This document shows positions 30,274 through 40,830 of a stretch of 64,000 bases of DNA, one piece after another. How positions within the stretch are numbered: the stretch's first letter is position 1; each line of letters begins with the position of its first letter. Source of the stretch: Candidatus Saganbacteria bacterium (lineage in GTDB: Bacteria > Margulisbacteria > WOR-1 > XYC2-FULL-46-14 > WPAF01); contig JACRPM010000006.1 in NCBI GenBank assembly GCA_016223205.1, forward strand, positions 60,257 through 124,256, written 5' to 3'. Made by a program: the position numbers and the translations under genes. The notes beneath the pieces are model-generated. The model did no database searches. It was given only the letters and a program-made list of their open reading frames with translations, and was not told where the DNA came from.

Positions 30274-31410
30274 ATGCAATTGCGATCTGTACTTATATTA
30301 TTCATAACCCTATTCGTGGTCTTGGTGGGATTCGGGATAATCATCCCGATCCTGCCGTTCTATTCCATCAGCTTGGGGGCCACGCCGTTCGAGATCGGCC
30401 TGCTGATGGCCAGCTATTCCCTTATGCAGTTCATCTTTTCTCCGCTGTGGGGCGCGCTTTCCGATAAATACGGCCGCAAACCTATCATTCTGGTAGGTTT
30501 ATCGGGTTTCGCGGTCACCTTTACGCTTTTCGGGCTGGCTACCAATCTCCCCCTGCTGTTTGCCGCGCGGATCGCGGGGGGGATACTCTCATCCGCCTGC
30601 CTGCCCACCGCCATGGCCTACGTTGCCGATGTGACGACCGAAGAAGAGCGGGGCGGGGGGATGGGGATGCTCGGGGCGGCCATGGGGTTGGGATTGGTGG
30701 TGGGGCCGGGAATAGGCGGATTGCTAAGCGTGTGGCATTTCGGTTTGCCCTTTTTCTTTGCCGCCGGCCTCGCGGCGATCAATTTTGTTTTTGCGGCGCT
30801 GTTCCTCAAGGAGTCCCGCAAACCCCATAAAGTTAGCGAGATAAAATATGATCGCTTCAAACACCTGCTTTCCCTGCGCGGGTTTATGGCCTTGGTGTTC
30901 TTCCTGGTCTTGCTGCAATCTTTTTCGATCAGCACTTATGAGAGCACCTTTCCGCTCTTTGCCCGGGAGCGCTTCGGCTACGGCGCCTACGACATGGGCG
31001 TTATTTTCACCGTCATGGGAGTGATCGGGGTCTTGGTGCAGGGTTTCTTGATCGGCCGCCTGATAAAGCGGCTGGGAGAAGAAATGGTGATCAAGATCGG
31101 GATAGGCCTGACCACCTTAAGTTTTTTCCTCACTCTCCGCGCTTTCGATCTCTTGACGCTTACCTTGTTCATCAGTTTGGCGGTGGTGGGACAGGGTTTG
31201 ATGCGGCCCTCGCTGGCTTCGCTCATCTCCAAGGATACCGATCTCGAAGAGGGTGCCACCATGGGAGCCATGCAGTCGGTCGATAGCTTCGGCCGGATAT
31301 TGGGGCCGGTTTTGGGCGGGGCCTTGTTCGGGCTGGGGATGAGCTGGCCGTATCTTGGCAACGGGGCGCTTAATCTGTTGAGTTTGCTGGCAATGCTGTT
31401 CTTGGTGTAG
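30274..31410 (+). CDS. MFS transporter (TetA/DHA1 family)
   Basis: Motif A 'GALSDKYGRKP', motif C 'GPGIGG', about 12 TMs. Confidence 0.92.
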   Translation: MQLRSVLILFITLFVVLVGFGIIIPILPFYSISLGATPFEIGLLMASYSLMQFIFSPLWGALSDKYGRKPIILVGLSGFAVTFTLFGLATNLPLLFAARIAGGILSSACLPTAMAYVADVTTEEERGGGMGMLGAAMGLGLVVGPGIGGLLSVWHFGLPFFFAAGLAAINFVFAALFLKESRKPHKVSEIKYDRFKHLLSLRGFMALVFFLVLLQSFSISTYESTFPLFARERFGYGAYDMGVIFTVMGVIGVLVQGFLIGRLIKRLGEEMVIKIGIGLTTLSFFLTLRAFDLLTLTLFISLAVVGQGLMRPSLASLISKDTDLEEGATMGAMQSVDSFGRILGPVLGGALFGLGMSWPYLGNGALNLLSLLAMLFLV

Positions 31411-31415
31411 TTGTA

Positions 31416-32294
31416 TCAAAAATCCCGGGCAATTATCTTTTTCAGCTCCAACCGGTTGATCAGCCATACGCTCCCCGCCTGGTTGTTGCCCGGCTCTCCG
31501 GGGACGGTCCGCGTTACGATCTCCTTTAATTCCAACATGCGGGCGGTATTGCCCAAAATAATGAATTCTTTAAGCGAAAGATCGGTCTTCATGTTGTTGA
31601 GCACCACTTCAATTATGAACGGGACTTTTATAAAAGCCCGGGGAGAAGCCAAGGCGGATGCCAGGGCCTTGAGGAAATCCTGCTGGCGGCCGATACGGCC
31701 GATATCCGCCGAGGCGTCGTGCCTGAACCGTAAAAATCCTTCGGCCTCCCGGCCCGAAAGGCGTCGTCTTCCGGCTTTGAGATCGATATAAAGTTTCCCC
31801 GCCCGGTCAACATAATACAGGTCCTTATCGATATTCACCGTAATGCCCCCTAAAAGATCCACCAGCTTTACGATGCCCCGGGTGTTGATGATGATGTATT
31901 TGTCGATCTTCGCCCCGGTGAGGTTCTCGACCACCCTCAAGGTGAGCTCGACCCGGCCCAGGACATAGGCGGCATTGATCTTTTGCGGGTAATATCCCGG
32001 GATATCGACGTATGAATCGCGCGGAATAGAGAGCAGGCTGACCTTGGAACTTAAGGGATCGTAATGGATCAACACGACGGTATCGGCGCGGCCCACCTCG
32101 GAGGTGGAACGGCGGGTCAAAAGATCGTGGGTTACGTCGGTCCCCAGCACCAGGATGTTGATCGGCCTTTCCATTATAGCCAGTTTAAAAAGATTGGGGA
32201 TCAATTTGGGAAAGAAGATGTTCAGGTGAAAATACACCACGCCCGAAATGAGGATCAAGAGGGCCAGCAGCCGCAGCCAGTCGGGCCGTTTCAC
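31416..32294 (-). CDS. LCP (LytR-CpsA-Psr) family protein
   Basis: NILVLGTD, RADT, LSIPRD, KINAAY, RFRHD, DIGRIGRQQ. Confidence 0.93.
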   Translation of the reverse strand: MKRPDWLRLLALLILISGVVYFHLNIFFPKLIPNLFKLAIMERPINILVLGTDVTHDLLTRRSTSEVGRADTVVLIHYDPLSSKVSLLSIPRDSYVDIPGYYPQKINAAYVLGRVELTLRVVENLTGAKIDKYIIINTRGIVKLVDLLGGITVNIDKDLYYVDRAGKLYIDLKAGRRRLSGREAEGFLRFRHDASADIGRIGRQQDFLKALASALASPRAFIKVPFIIEVVLNNMKTDLSLKEFIILGNTARMLELKEIVTRTVPGEPGNNQAGSVWLINRLELKKIIARDF

Positions 32295-32938
32295 TTTATA
32301 TATCCGACCGGTATGAGGTACAGGGGATCGTGGGCATAGGGCAGGTCCAGCACGGCTTTGACCACATCATCCCAGAAGGAGCCGACCGGAGCAGCCCCGA
32401 GCCCCAGGGCTTCCGCTTGCAGTAAAATGTTCTCTGCGACATGGCCGGCTTCGAGGTGCACATAACGCTGGGCGCGGGCCCCGAATTTTACTTCGGTCTT
32501 TTCAAAATCGGCGGCGATCACGATCACCACCGGAGCGTCCCCCAGGAAATCCTGCCCCAGGGAAGCGCGGGTGAGCGAAGGACGGCAGTCGGTATCCTTG
32601 GTCTTTTCCAAGCTGTGGGTAAGCGGCAAATAATGGAAAACCCCGTCCCGTTTTACCAAATAGATCTCGAGCGGGTAGGTGCCTCCGGCCGAAGGAGCGG
32701 TGCGAAAACCCCAGGTCCGCTCGGTTATCCCCTGTGCGGCCCAGAGCAATTGTGCGATCTGTTCGTTGGTCAAGCCCGCGGTTTGGAAAGAACGCTCGGA
32801 GCGGCGATGGGCCAGGGATTCTTCAAGAGTTATCCTTCCGGTGTAGCGGGGATCGGGCAGGCGCTGGATGTCCCGCGCGGCAAAAACTTCCCCGGAACAT
32901 AGCAAGAACATCAGGATAATGAGGAGGGATCTGACCAT
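32291..32938 (-). CDS. SagB/ThcOx-family nitroreductase with signal peptide
   Basis: RRSER, LLWAAQG, RTAPSAGGTYP, EAGHVAENI. Confidence 0.9.
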   Translation of the reverse strand: MVRSLLIILMFLLCSGEVFAARDIQRLPDPRYTGRITLEESLAHRRSERSFQTAGLTNEQIAQLLWAAQGITERTWGFRTAPSAGGTYPLEIYLVKRDGVFHYLPLTHSLEKTKDTDCRPSLTRASLGQDFLGDAPVVIVIAADFEKTEVKFGARAQRYVHLEAGHVAENILLQAEALGLGAAPVGSFWDDVVKAVLDLPYAHDPLYLIPVGYIK

Positions 32939-32952
32939 ACCGCAATTATAAT

Positions 32953-32998
32953 AAAAAAAGGGGCCCCAGGCAAGGTGAGGAAACCCGCCCGGGGCCGC
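32953..32998 (-). terminator. Rho-independent terminator after ssb
   Basis: GGCCCCGGGC...GCCTGGGGCC then T7. Confidence 0.65.
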
Positions 32999-33002
32999 GC
33001 CT

Positions 33003-33335
33003 TTAACTGGCTTTCACAAAGTCCAGCATCTGCAGCTGGTTAATGATCACTTCGGAAGAGGTCTTTTTAGCCCCATCCTTTCCTTCCCACTTGCGGATCT
33101 GGAGCCGGCCTTCCACCGCCACCATGCGGCCTTTTTTTAAATATTCGCCGCAGGTCTTGGCCAGGGGTCCCCAGGCCAGGCAATTGATGAAATCCACGGT
33201 CTTTTCCCCGTCTTTTTTGGGTATCCTTTCCACCGCCAGGGCGAAATGGGCCACGGGCTTTTCATCCTTGGTGTAGCGGACCTCGGGGTCCTGCGCCAGG
33301 CGTCCGGTCAATATGGTCTTGTTCAATCCTGCCAT
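33003..33335 (-). CDS. ssb: Single-stranded DNA-binding protein, tail-less
   Basis: LNKTILTGRL..DPE, FINCLAW, KKGRMVAVEGRLQ; SD AGGAGGTG; no acidic C-terminal tail. Confidence 0.92.
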   Translation of the reverse strand: MAGLNKTILTGRLAQDPEVRYTKDEKPVAHFALAVERIPKKDGEKTVDFINCLAWGPLAKTCGEYLKKGRMVAVEGRLQIRKWEGKDGAKKTSSEVIINQLQMLDFVKAS

Positions 33336-33478
33336 CTGATTCACCTCCTTTGTCTTTGTCCGGCTTCAAGCAATTTTCCTGCCGGAGAGAGCAGGCGTGA
33401 AATCCGGTATAAATGTCGGATTTGTTGACGGGGTAGACCAAAACGACATCACATTGTATAATCCTTTCGGGTGATAAA

Positions 33479-33604
33479 ATGAACACGGCGATCGTCATAA
33501 CGCTCATAATCTGCGGCACCATCATCGCGGTGACCCTGATCGGCATCTTCTTTGCCGGCTGGATCATAAGCAAGGGCATCGAGATGCAGAAAGGGAAGCG
33601 TTGA
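33479..33604 (+). CDS. Candidate 41 aa single-pass membrane protein (not in ORF track)
   Basis: [41 protein letters not shown]; TATAAT upstream; stop overlaps next start (TTGA). Confidence 0.65.
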   Translation: MNTAIVITLIICGTIIAVTLIGIFFAGWIISKGIEMQKGKR

Positions 33605-34431
33605 GCAGGATAGTCCGCAAGGAAAAGCTTGCCGAGAACATCCACTTGATCGAAGTGGAAGCCCCGCTGATATCTGGTGCCGCCCGGCCCGGCCAGTTCG
33701 TGGTCTTGCGGCTGAACGAATCGGGCGAACGCATTCCCCTCACTATTGCCGACAAGCATCCGGAAAAGGGAACGATCGAGATCATCTTCCAGGAAGCCGG
33801 CGCTACCACCAAACTTCTGGCCGGTTTTAAGGCCGGCGATGAGATCAAAAACCTGCTGGGCCCCCTGGGTACTCCCGCCCATGTAGAAAAAGTCGGCACG
33901 GTTTTGGTTATCGGCGGAGGGGTGGGGATCGCGGAATGCTTCCCGGCGATCGTCGCTTATAAAGCGGCCGGCAACCGGGTCATCACTATCATCGGGGCGC
34001 GGTGTAAGGAACTATTAATAACCGAAAGCAAACTGCGAGCGGCCTCCGATGAGTTCCACATCATAACCGACGACGGCACCTGCGGGCGCAAGGGTTTTGT
34101 CACGGACATCTTAAAAGAGCTGATCGAGGATGAAAAGCAGATCGACCTGGTCTATGCGGTAGGCCCGGTGCCCATGATGGAGGCGGTCTCAAAGCTTACT
34201 TATCCCCACGGCCTCAAGACCATGGTGAGCTTAAATCCCCTGATGCTGGATGCCACCGGGATGTGCGGGGTGTGCCGGGTGACGGTGGGGGGTAAGACGC
34301 TTTTTGCCTGCGTGGACGGGCCGGAATTCAACGCCCACCTGGTGGATTTTGCGGAGCTCAAACTGCGGCTTTCAACCTTTAAGGATAAGGAGAAGGAAGC
34401 CCTCGATCACGTCTGCCGGCTTAGTAAATAA
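33601..34431 (+). CDS. NfnA/SudB/PyrK-family FAD and 2Fe-2S oxidoreductase subunit
   Basis: [24 protein letters not shown], '[11 protein letters not shown]...CVDGPEF'. Confidence 0.9.
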   Translation: MSRIVRKEKLAENIHLIEVEAPLISGAARPGQFVVLRLNESGERIPLTIADKHPEKGTIEIIFQEAGATTKLLAGFKAGDEIKNLLGPLGTPAHVEKVGTVLVIGGGVGIAECFPAIVAYKAAGNRVITIIGARCKELLITESKLRAASDEFHIITDDGTCGRKGFVTDILKELIEDEKQIDLVYAVGPVPMMEAVSKLTYPHGLKTMVSLNPLMLDATGMCGVCRVTVGGKTLFACVDGPEFNAHLVDFAELKLRLSTFKDKEKEALDHVCRLSK

Positions 34432-35293
34432 CCTTATTTAAAGGATATTCCACGATCCCCGATGCCCCGGCGCGTTTTAGGCGGGGGATAAGGTCACGGA
34501 CCACTTTTTCCGAAATAATAGTGTCTACATCCACAAAACGCGGATCCGAAAGCTCGGCGATGGTAGGGGTCTGGAGCGCCGGTAATAGCGAAAGGATGGA
34601 TTTGAGCTTCAACTTGGGCAAGTTCATCTTGAGGCCGACTTTTTCCTCGGCGTTGAGCGCGCCCTGGAGCAGCATCAATAAATTCTCGATCTTCTGTTTT
34701 TTCCACTCATCCGCCAGGGCGGCTTTGTTGGTCACCACCACGGTGTTCGATTCCAGCACGGTTTCGAGTATCTTTAATTTGTTGGCCCGCAGGGATGAGC
34801 CGGTCTCGGTGAGTTCCACGATGGCGTCGGCCAGCTCCGGGGGTTTGGCCTCGGTGGCCCCCCAGGAATATTCCACTTCCGCCTGCACTTTTCTTTCTTT
34901 CAGATAATTCTTAACGACATTCACCAGTTCGGTGGCGACCCGCTTGCCTTGGAGGTTCTTCACCGTTTTGATCTTACTGCCTTCGGGCACGGCCAGCACC
35001 CAGCGCACTTTTCGGAGTCCCTGCTTGGCGTAAATTAGGTCGGCGACCTTTGCCACTTTGCGGCCGGATTCGGCTACCCAATCGGCCCCGGTGATGCCCA
35101 CATCCAGCACTCCGCTTTCAACATACCTGGGCATTTCCTGCGCGCGGATCAGCATGCAGGAGATCTCGGGATCGTCTATTTCCGGGTAATAGGAGCGCTC
35201 GGTGGTCCGCACCGAAAAACCGGCTTTTTTAAGCAGATAAATGGTGGTTTCCTGCAGCGAGCCTTTAGGGATGCCGAATTTAAGTTGTTTCAT
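34421..35293 (-). CDS. hisG: ATP phosphoribosyltransferase, long form
   Basis: [35 protein letters not shown]-terminal regulatory domain. Confidence 0.96.
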   Translation of the reverse strand: MKQLKFGIPKGSLQETTIYLLKKAGFSVRTTERSYYPEIDDPEISCMLIRAQEMPRYVESGVLDVGITGADWVAESGRKVAKVADLIYAKQGLRKVRWVLAVPEGSKIKTVKNLQGKRVATELVNVVKNYLKERKVQAEVEYSWGATEAKPPELADAIVELTETGSSLRANKLKILETVLESNTVVVTNKAALADEWKKQKIENLLMLLQGALNAEEKVGLKMNLPKLKLKSILSLLPALQTPTIAELSDPRFVDVDTIISEKVVRDLIPRLKRAGASGIVEYPLNKVIY

Positions 35294-35297
35294 GCGG

Positions 35298-36176
35298 CTA
35301 TTCTAGCACCGGCATAGCTTCCCCGGCAAGTCCCAATCTGTAATAATACTCCTCCAGAATATAGCGATAAAAACCGGATATTTTGGCTTTATTGACAATA
35401 AAATTGAGTATTTTCGGTCGTTTTTTTAGGGATTCAAAGATCCCCATGGCCAGGGGATTCATGCCCAAATAATACTTAATTTCCCGATTGGGGTGCTTTT
35501 GGTAGAAGATCAGGGCGGATCTGCCCATATGATACTTTCTTTTGAGCATATCTTCGGCTTCCACCTGGTGGTCGTGGAAATTTACCGCGGAGGGAAGGTA
35601 ATAAAGGGGGACCCCGGCTTTGGACAGCCGATACCCCAGCTCGATATCCTCCCACCCATAGCCGGCAAAGTCCTGGTCGAATCCGCCGATATCCAAAAGG
35701 GTTTGCTTTCGGATGGAAAGGTTGCCGGTCAAGAAGTAGGAAAATTTAAGTTTTTGTCCGGGCCGGAGCTTCTCTTTTATATAGGGAGCGGCCTTTCCAT
35801 TCTCCAGGTAGTTATAAGTTGATCCTTCAAAGGCGGCGGCGGGATGGTTTTCGTGCGCTTTGAGATGTTCATAAAGCAGGTTGATGTCGGCCAGCATGTC
35901 GGCGTCGGTCAGCAGGATGATCTCGCCTTTTGCTTCGGTTATACCCCGGTTGCGCGCGCCCGGGCGGCCGAGATTTTCTTGGCGGATGTATTTTAGGTTG
36001 GAGAACGTGGAACATAGAACGTTGAGCGTAGTGTCCGTACCATCTGCGGACATACTGTCCACCACTATGATCTCATAGAGGGCAGGGGACATGGTTTGTT
36101 TTAACAGGGACTGCAGGGCTTTTTCCAGTTTTTCTTTCTGGTTGTAAGTGCCGATGACAACCGAGAGCTTAATCAT
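35298..36176 (-). CDS. Glycosyltransferase family 2
   Basis: [37 protein letters not shown]. Confidence 0.9.
   Translation of the reverse strand: MIKLSVVIGTYNQKEKLEKALQSLLKQTMSPALYEIIVVDSMSADGTDTTLNVLCSTFSNLKYIRQENLGRPGARNRGITEAKGEIILLTDADMLADINLLYEHLKAHENHPAAAFEGSTYNYLENGKAAPYIKEKLRPGQKLKFSYFLTGNLSIRKQTLLDIGGFDQDFAGYGWEDIELGYRLSKAGVPLYYLPSAVNFHDHQVEAEDMLKRKYHMGRSALIFYQKHPNREIKYYLGMNPLAMGIFESLKKRPKILNFIVNKAKISGFYRYILEEYYYRLGLAGEAMPVLE
36003..36030. repeat. Degenerate heptamer tandem repeat inside the GT2 gene
   Basis: GAACGTG GAACATA GAACGTT GAGCGTA. Confidence 0.55.
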
Positions 36177-36846
36177 AGAAGCGGTATTTTAAAAGCGCCC
36201 AGATGGCCGCAAACCCGTCCTTCCAGCTGATCTTTTTGCCTTCGGAAAACTCCCGGCCGTGATAAGAGATGGGGATCTCTTTGATCTTGATCCCGCGCTT
36301 CAATATTTTGGCGGTGATCTCGGGTTCAAAATCAAAGCGGTTGGCCCGCAGGGGGATGGATTTTATAAGAGGCGCCGGGATCAGCTTGTAGCAGGTTTCC
36401 ATATCGGTTAAGGCCGATTCATAAAGCAGATCGGTGATCCAGGTGAGCATTTTATTGCCCAGAAAGTGGGAGAGAGTGGAAAATCTATGCGCTCCCAGAA
36501 AGCGCGAGCCGTAGACCACCTGGGCTTTCCCTTCGATTATCGGAATTATCAGCTTAAGATATTCCTGCGGATCGTATTCGAGATCGGCATCCTGGATGAT
36601 GATGTAATCGCCGGTCGCATCCATAATGCCGCGCCGGATCGCCGCGCCCTTGCCCTGGTTTTTCTCCTGCAAAGCGATCTTGATATTCTGGGCGGTAAAA
36701 GAGGGGAGCAGATCGCGGGTGCCGTCGCTGCTGCAGTCATCCACCAGGATGATCTCTTTTTCGAGGTCCACCTTTTGCACGCGGTCGACTATCTCTTTAA
36801 GCGTGTTCTTTTCATTGTAGACCGGGATGATGACCGAAAGTTTCAT
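36169..36846 (-). CDS. Polyprenol-phosphate glycosyltransferase (DPM1-like GT2)
   Basis: [36 protein letters not shown]. Confidence 0.92.
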   Translation of the reverse strand: MKLSVIIPVYNEKNTLKEIVDRVQKVDLEKEIILVDDCSSDGTRDLLPSFTAQNIKIALQEKNQGKGAAIRRGIMDATGDYIIIQDADLEYDPQEYLKLIIPIIEGKAQVVYGSRFLGAHRFSTLSHFLGNKMLTWITDLLYESALTDMETCYKLIPAPLIKSIPLRANRFDFEPEITAKILKRGIKIKEIPISYHGREFSEGKKISWKDGFAAIWALLKYRFYD

Positions 36847-36858
36847 GGGTTTATTTTA

Positions 36859-38460
36859 CTATCGATTGGTAAATAAGACAAAGTTATTTTTACGGGAGAG
36901 GACTTTGAGCTTGAGGTTTTTGAGCGCGTCCGGCTCCTCGGTAACCGCCAGAACCTTCGCCCGGCCGTAGAGCAGCTTTTTCAGCTCGGACTCGTTATCG
37001 ATCGTGATTACTTTTTGGTCGAGATAGAACATCATGAAGTGATCTTCGAAACCGCAGTATTTGACGATCACATCGCCCGGCTGATAGAGAGCGTTTATCT
37101 TGAGTGAATATTCCTTGATGGGGTTGGCTTCTTTAAAATATACGGCTACCAAGGCACTCAAGGCAGTAAAGGCGATCAAGGCAGAAAGGGTGAAGGATTT
37201 AAGGGCTAAAAGGGATCTATGGCGGAACCAAAGCACTACCGAGACGGTCATGCCTATTGAAAGCAGGGCCAGAAAGGGCAGGAGGATGGGACGATAGCCC
37301 GCTTGTTCGGCGGGAAAGGCATAGATCAAATAGAGCGTGCCCAGAAAGAGCAGCGGGATTATAAGGGCGGTGGTAAGCCATATGGAAACCTTCATCGGAC
37401 GCTTGAACTTTTCCGGATCGTCAATATAATCCAGCCAGAATTTGGCGACCAGGATGGCTAAAGCAGGGAAGGCCGGGAGGATGTAACGGCTGATCTTATA
37501 ATTTAGCGAGAGCGAAAAGAAAAGGATCACGCCCAGCGACCAGCATAGGATGAAGAGCATCTTTTTATCGCGGATATATTTAAACCAGGCCGGATAGATG
37601 AATCCCGACCAGGGAACCGCCAGAAGAATTAGCTGGAGGAAATAGGCGTAGAAATTATATTGCGGCCGGATAACATTTTCGGCCGAAGGCTTGCCTATCA
37701 AGTCCACCGGAGAGAAGAACCTCCCAAAATGCCCGCTCCACATGGCCTGCAGGAACCGGTTCCCCAGGATCCGATATTCGGCAATGAACCAGGGGGCGGT
37801 CACCAGAAGAAAAGCCGCCGCACCCCCGACCAGGTGCCGATTAAAGAACAGCTTCCATTTTCTGCTTATGATGACGTAGGAGAGGACCACGACCGCGGGC
37901 AGAGCCAAGCCCACCGGGCCTTTGCTCATCACTGCCAGGCCCGAAAATAAGCCCGCAAGATAGAAAAACCAGGGATTGTTTTTCTTTTCCCAGACCACGA
38001 AAGCCCAAAAGCAGGCCGTGACGAACAACGTCAGCGGCATATCTTGTAAAGGCGATCTCCCCTGATAGAAAAATTGCGCAGTCGTCAATAAGATCAAACC
38101 CGACCAGAAAGCGGTCCTCTCATCAAAAAGCTCGCGAGCGACCAGATAGGTGAACACCACGGTCAACGCCGCCAGGATCGAATGGAAAATGCTCAAGGCG
38201 AATTCGTTGATGCCAAAAAGTTTGAATCCGATAGCGATCATCCAGGGGAAAAGCGGCGGCTTGTCGATGATACGCGCCGGATCGACGAACTTTAAAGTAA
38301 GCCATTCGCCGCTGGTCAGAATGTTCTTACTGATACGCGCCCAAAAAGCGGTATCCCCATCGAGGATGGGGGTCGAGCCGATCTTCCAGGTAAAGAGCAT
38401 CAGAGCCAGCAGGAAGAGCAATAGCAACCGGCGGCTAAACGCCGCGGTTAAAATTCTCAT
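36859..38460 (-). CDS. ArnT/GT39-family GT-C glycosyltransferase
   Basis: DKPPL, KGPVG, PWF, RYILP; many TMs. Confidence 0.9.
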   Translation of the reverse strand: MRILTAAFSRRLLLLFLLALMLFTWKIGSTPILDGDTAFWARISKNILTSGEWLTLKFVDPARIIDKPPLFPWMIAIGFKLFGINEFALSIFHSILAALTVVFTYLVARELFDERTAFWSGLILLTTAQFFYQGRSPLQDMPLTLFVTACFWAFVVWEKKNNPWFFYLAGLFSGLAVMSKGPVGLALPAVVVLSYVIISRKWKLFFNRHLVGGAAAFLLVTAPWFIAEYRILGNRFLQAMWSGHFGRFFSPVDLIGKPSAENVIRPQYNFYAYFLQLILLAVPWSGFIYPAWFKYIRDKKMLFILCWSLGVILFFSLSLNYKISRYILPAFPALAILVAKFWLDYIDDPEKFKRPMKVSIWLTTALIIPLLFLGTLYLIYAFPAEQAGYRPILLPFLALLSIGMTVSVVLWFRHRSLLALKSFTLSALIAFTALSALVAVYFKEANPIKEYSLKINALYQPGDVIVKYCGFEDHFMMFYLDQKVITIDNESELKKLLYGRAKVLAVTEEPDALKNLKLKVLSRKNNFVLFTNR

Positions 38461-39749
38461 AAGTAGTTTCTTCCCTTGAACCTGCCTATATAATAGCCCA
38501 ATAGCGTGGAGGCCGAAAAATCACGGCGTTCTTTTTCGGAGATCAAAAGCGGCGGGATGGGGGTTTGGGGAATGGAAAATAAGCGGGCCAGGATGAGGGC
38601 CGGGGATGAGGCGTGCCCCACCCAGTGAATGATATTGATATCCTCCAGGGTTATTTGCCGCAGCAGTCCCCTCAACGAAAGCGCGTTTTCCAGCTTTACC
38701 GCGTTGAAGCCGTTATACGATAATTCGCGCACGATCTCGTCGCGGTTGGTCAAGATATTGGCGGAACGCTTGAACCAGTCCAGCCGGGCTTCGGCCAGGT
38801 TAAGGTTCCCGCCGCCGGCCCTTATCGTCTCTATCCCTTCGATCACGTCTTCCACCGTGATCTCTTTGAGGCAATCGTCGAAAGGGCAATCGGCCGGCAG
38901 GCACTTTTGCCGGCACTGCGAGGCCTTCCTTACAATGACGTGCCTGGTCTGCCAGGGTCCCCATTCGGAGGGCTTTACGAATTTGGAAGGAAAGATCGCG
39001 ACCGTGGGGATCTTTAAGGCGGCGGCGATATGGAGAGGTCCGGTGTCCACCCCGATATACATACTGTAGGTCGCGATAAGATCGATCAATTCCGGCAGGG
39101 TGGTTTTATTCACCATGTTCACCGGATGGCTGCGGCATAGCGACAAGATCTTGTTCGCGGCATCGATCTCTTTGCCGGAGCCGGTGAGCACTACCCGCGC
39201 GCCCTTTTCGGCAAGATGGTCCGCGACCCGGGCGAACCTTTCCGGCAGCCAGGCGCGGTTGCCGCGGCCCGTGCCCAGATGGATGCCGATGGTATTTCCC
39301 TGGGGGCGGGGCTTTACTCCCAACTGCAGGGGAGGGGGAGTTTCGGGGAGATCGATTCCCAGCGGCTTTAAAAGCAGGATGTTATGCTCCACTTCGTGCA
39401 GGGTAAGGTCGCTCCAGCGGCGGTCGCTTTTTAAGTTATAAAAGGGCCTAAGCAGGGGCTTGGCGGTATCACCCAGGCGATATTTTATCCCGGCCTTGCG
39501 CGCGGCCAGGACGTAAGGCAATTCGTTATAAAAATGGATGGAAAGGTCGAACTTGTGGTCCCCGATCTCCTCGATCACTTCGGAAACCTCTAGGTTGCGG
39601 GCAAAAACCGCCCGGCTGTATCCCCGCGCCAAAACCGTGATCTCGGAGGCGGGGAATTTTTGCTTGAGCAGGGATAGGGCGGGAGTGATGAGCAGGCCGT
39701 CGCCGATGGCGTCGGGACGAATCGCCAGAATTTTATTTACAGAAATCAT
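38457..39749 (-). CDS. Glycosyltransferase family 9 (heptosyltransferase-like) with C-terminal extension
   Basis: RPDAIGD, GVDTGPLHIAAA. Confidence 0.9.
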   Translation of the reverse strand: MISVNKILAIRPDAIGDGLLITPALSLLKQKFPASEITVLARGYSRAVFARNLEVSEVIEEIGDHKFDLSIHFYNELPYVLAARKAGIKYRLGDTAKPLLRPFYNLKSDRRWSDLTLHEVEHNILLLKPLGIDLPETPPPLQLGVKPRPQGNTIGIHLGTGRGNRAWLPERFARVADHLAEKGARVVLTGSGKEIDAANKILSLCRSHPVNMVNKTTLPELIDLIATYSMYIGVDTGPLHIAAALKIPTVAIFPSKFVKPSEWGPWQTRHVIVRKASQCRQKCLPADCPFDDCLKEITVEDVIEGIETIRAGGGNLNLAEARLDWFKRSANILTNRDEIVRELSYNGFNAVKLENALSLRGLLRQITLEDINIIHWVGHASSPALILARLFSIPQTPIPPLLISEKERRDFSASTLLGYYIGRFKGRNYL

Positions 39750-40830
39750 CGATGGCTCCCGTTAGTTTTTCCCAATACAGGGTGGGGATAAAATCCTTGA
39801 TATTTTGCCGGATCTTTTCTCTTTCCGAAGCGTTCTCCGCCAGTCCCAGGATGTTTTCCGCGAAGGCCTCCGCGTCGCCGCAAGCAACTACCCGTCCCAG
39901 GTTTTTTTCTTTTATGATGGCAGAGACGGCATCCCCCGAGGATGTGACGATCGGCAGATTAGCCCACAGCAGGTCGAGCGCGCGCGTTCTCCAGGCAAAA
40001 TGGGTCTCCAGATTGTCGAAATGGGACACCACTCCCAGATCAGCCCAGGCCAGCCAATTTCCCCTTTCGGCATAGGGGATCCATTTATCTATCATCAGCA
40101 CATTTTCCGACCGAGGGATCTTTTGGCCGGCCTTGGTATTGGCGCCGAAAAACACCAGCTTGATGTCCTTTCTTTTCCGAGCGACCAGCGACAGGGCTTT
40201 GACCAAAGTAAGGTTATCCAGCCAGTCCCACATGCCGCCCCAGGAAACGACAATAAATCCTTCCGGCAGGGGTCTTTTGCTCTTTTGGGGAGGGACACTC
40301 GATATTCCCACCGGCACCAGGCCGATCTTTTTATCGAGGTCTTCATCCTTTCTTCCCGCCGCCAGCATCAATCCCAGATAAAGATCTTTTTGCCTCTCGT
40401 GCGCACAGATAAAATAGTCGCCTTTTAGCAAGAGCTCGTTTATGCCTTTGAGGTCCACACTTTTTCCGGTCACCAGATCTTCGATGAACCAGGGCCCGTA
40501 CAGGTCGATGACCAATTTGGTCTTGATCTTCGATAATCCCAGCGCCCGTAAGATCCTCCCATGGGTTATGACGGCATCAAAACGATTAAGCTCTTTTAAA
40601 AATGAGGGATTGGGAAGGGAAGCTTTTATCAAAAGGTCCAAACGATGGAAAGCCGGAATCTTCAATACCTCGACCCGCGGGGGAGGTGAAAAATCGGTTT
40701 CCACATATTCCCCGGCCAGGGTCACCTGGTGTTTTTGCGCCAGGGCGCGGGCCAGTTCATAATAGCGGAGCATAGGCCCGGCCATATTGCTGCTTAAGGG
40801 AGAGTCGACCAGCAAGACCAGTTTGCTCAT
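39733..40830 (-). CDS. Glycosyltransferase family 4-like
   Basis: MAGP..R, WGGMWDWLD, ETHFAWRTR; start set at ATG 40830. Confidence 0.8.
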   Translation of the reverse strand: MSKLVLLVDSPLSSNMAGPMLRYYELARALAQKHQVTLAGEYVETDFSPPPRVEVLKIPAFHRLDLLIKASLPNPSFLKELNRFDAVITHGRILRALGLSKIKTKLVIDLYGPWFIEDLVTGKSVDLKGINELLLKGDYFICAHERQKDLYLGLMLAAGRKDEDLDKKIGLVPVGISSVPPQKSKRPLPEGFIVVSWGGMWDWLDNLTLVKALSLVARKRKDIKLVFFGANTKAGQKIPRSENVLMIDKWIPYAERGNWLAWADLGVVSHFDNLETHFAWRTRALDLLWANLPIVTSSGDAVSAIIKEKNLGRVVACGDAEAFAENILGLAENASEREKIRQNIKDFIPTLYWEKLTGAIDDFCK

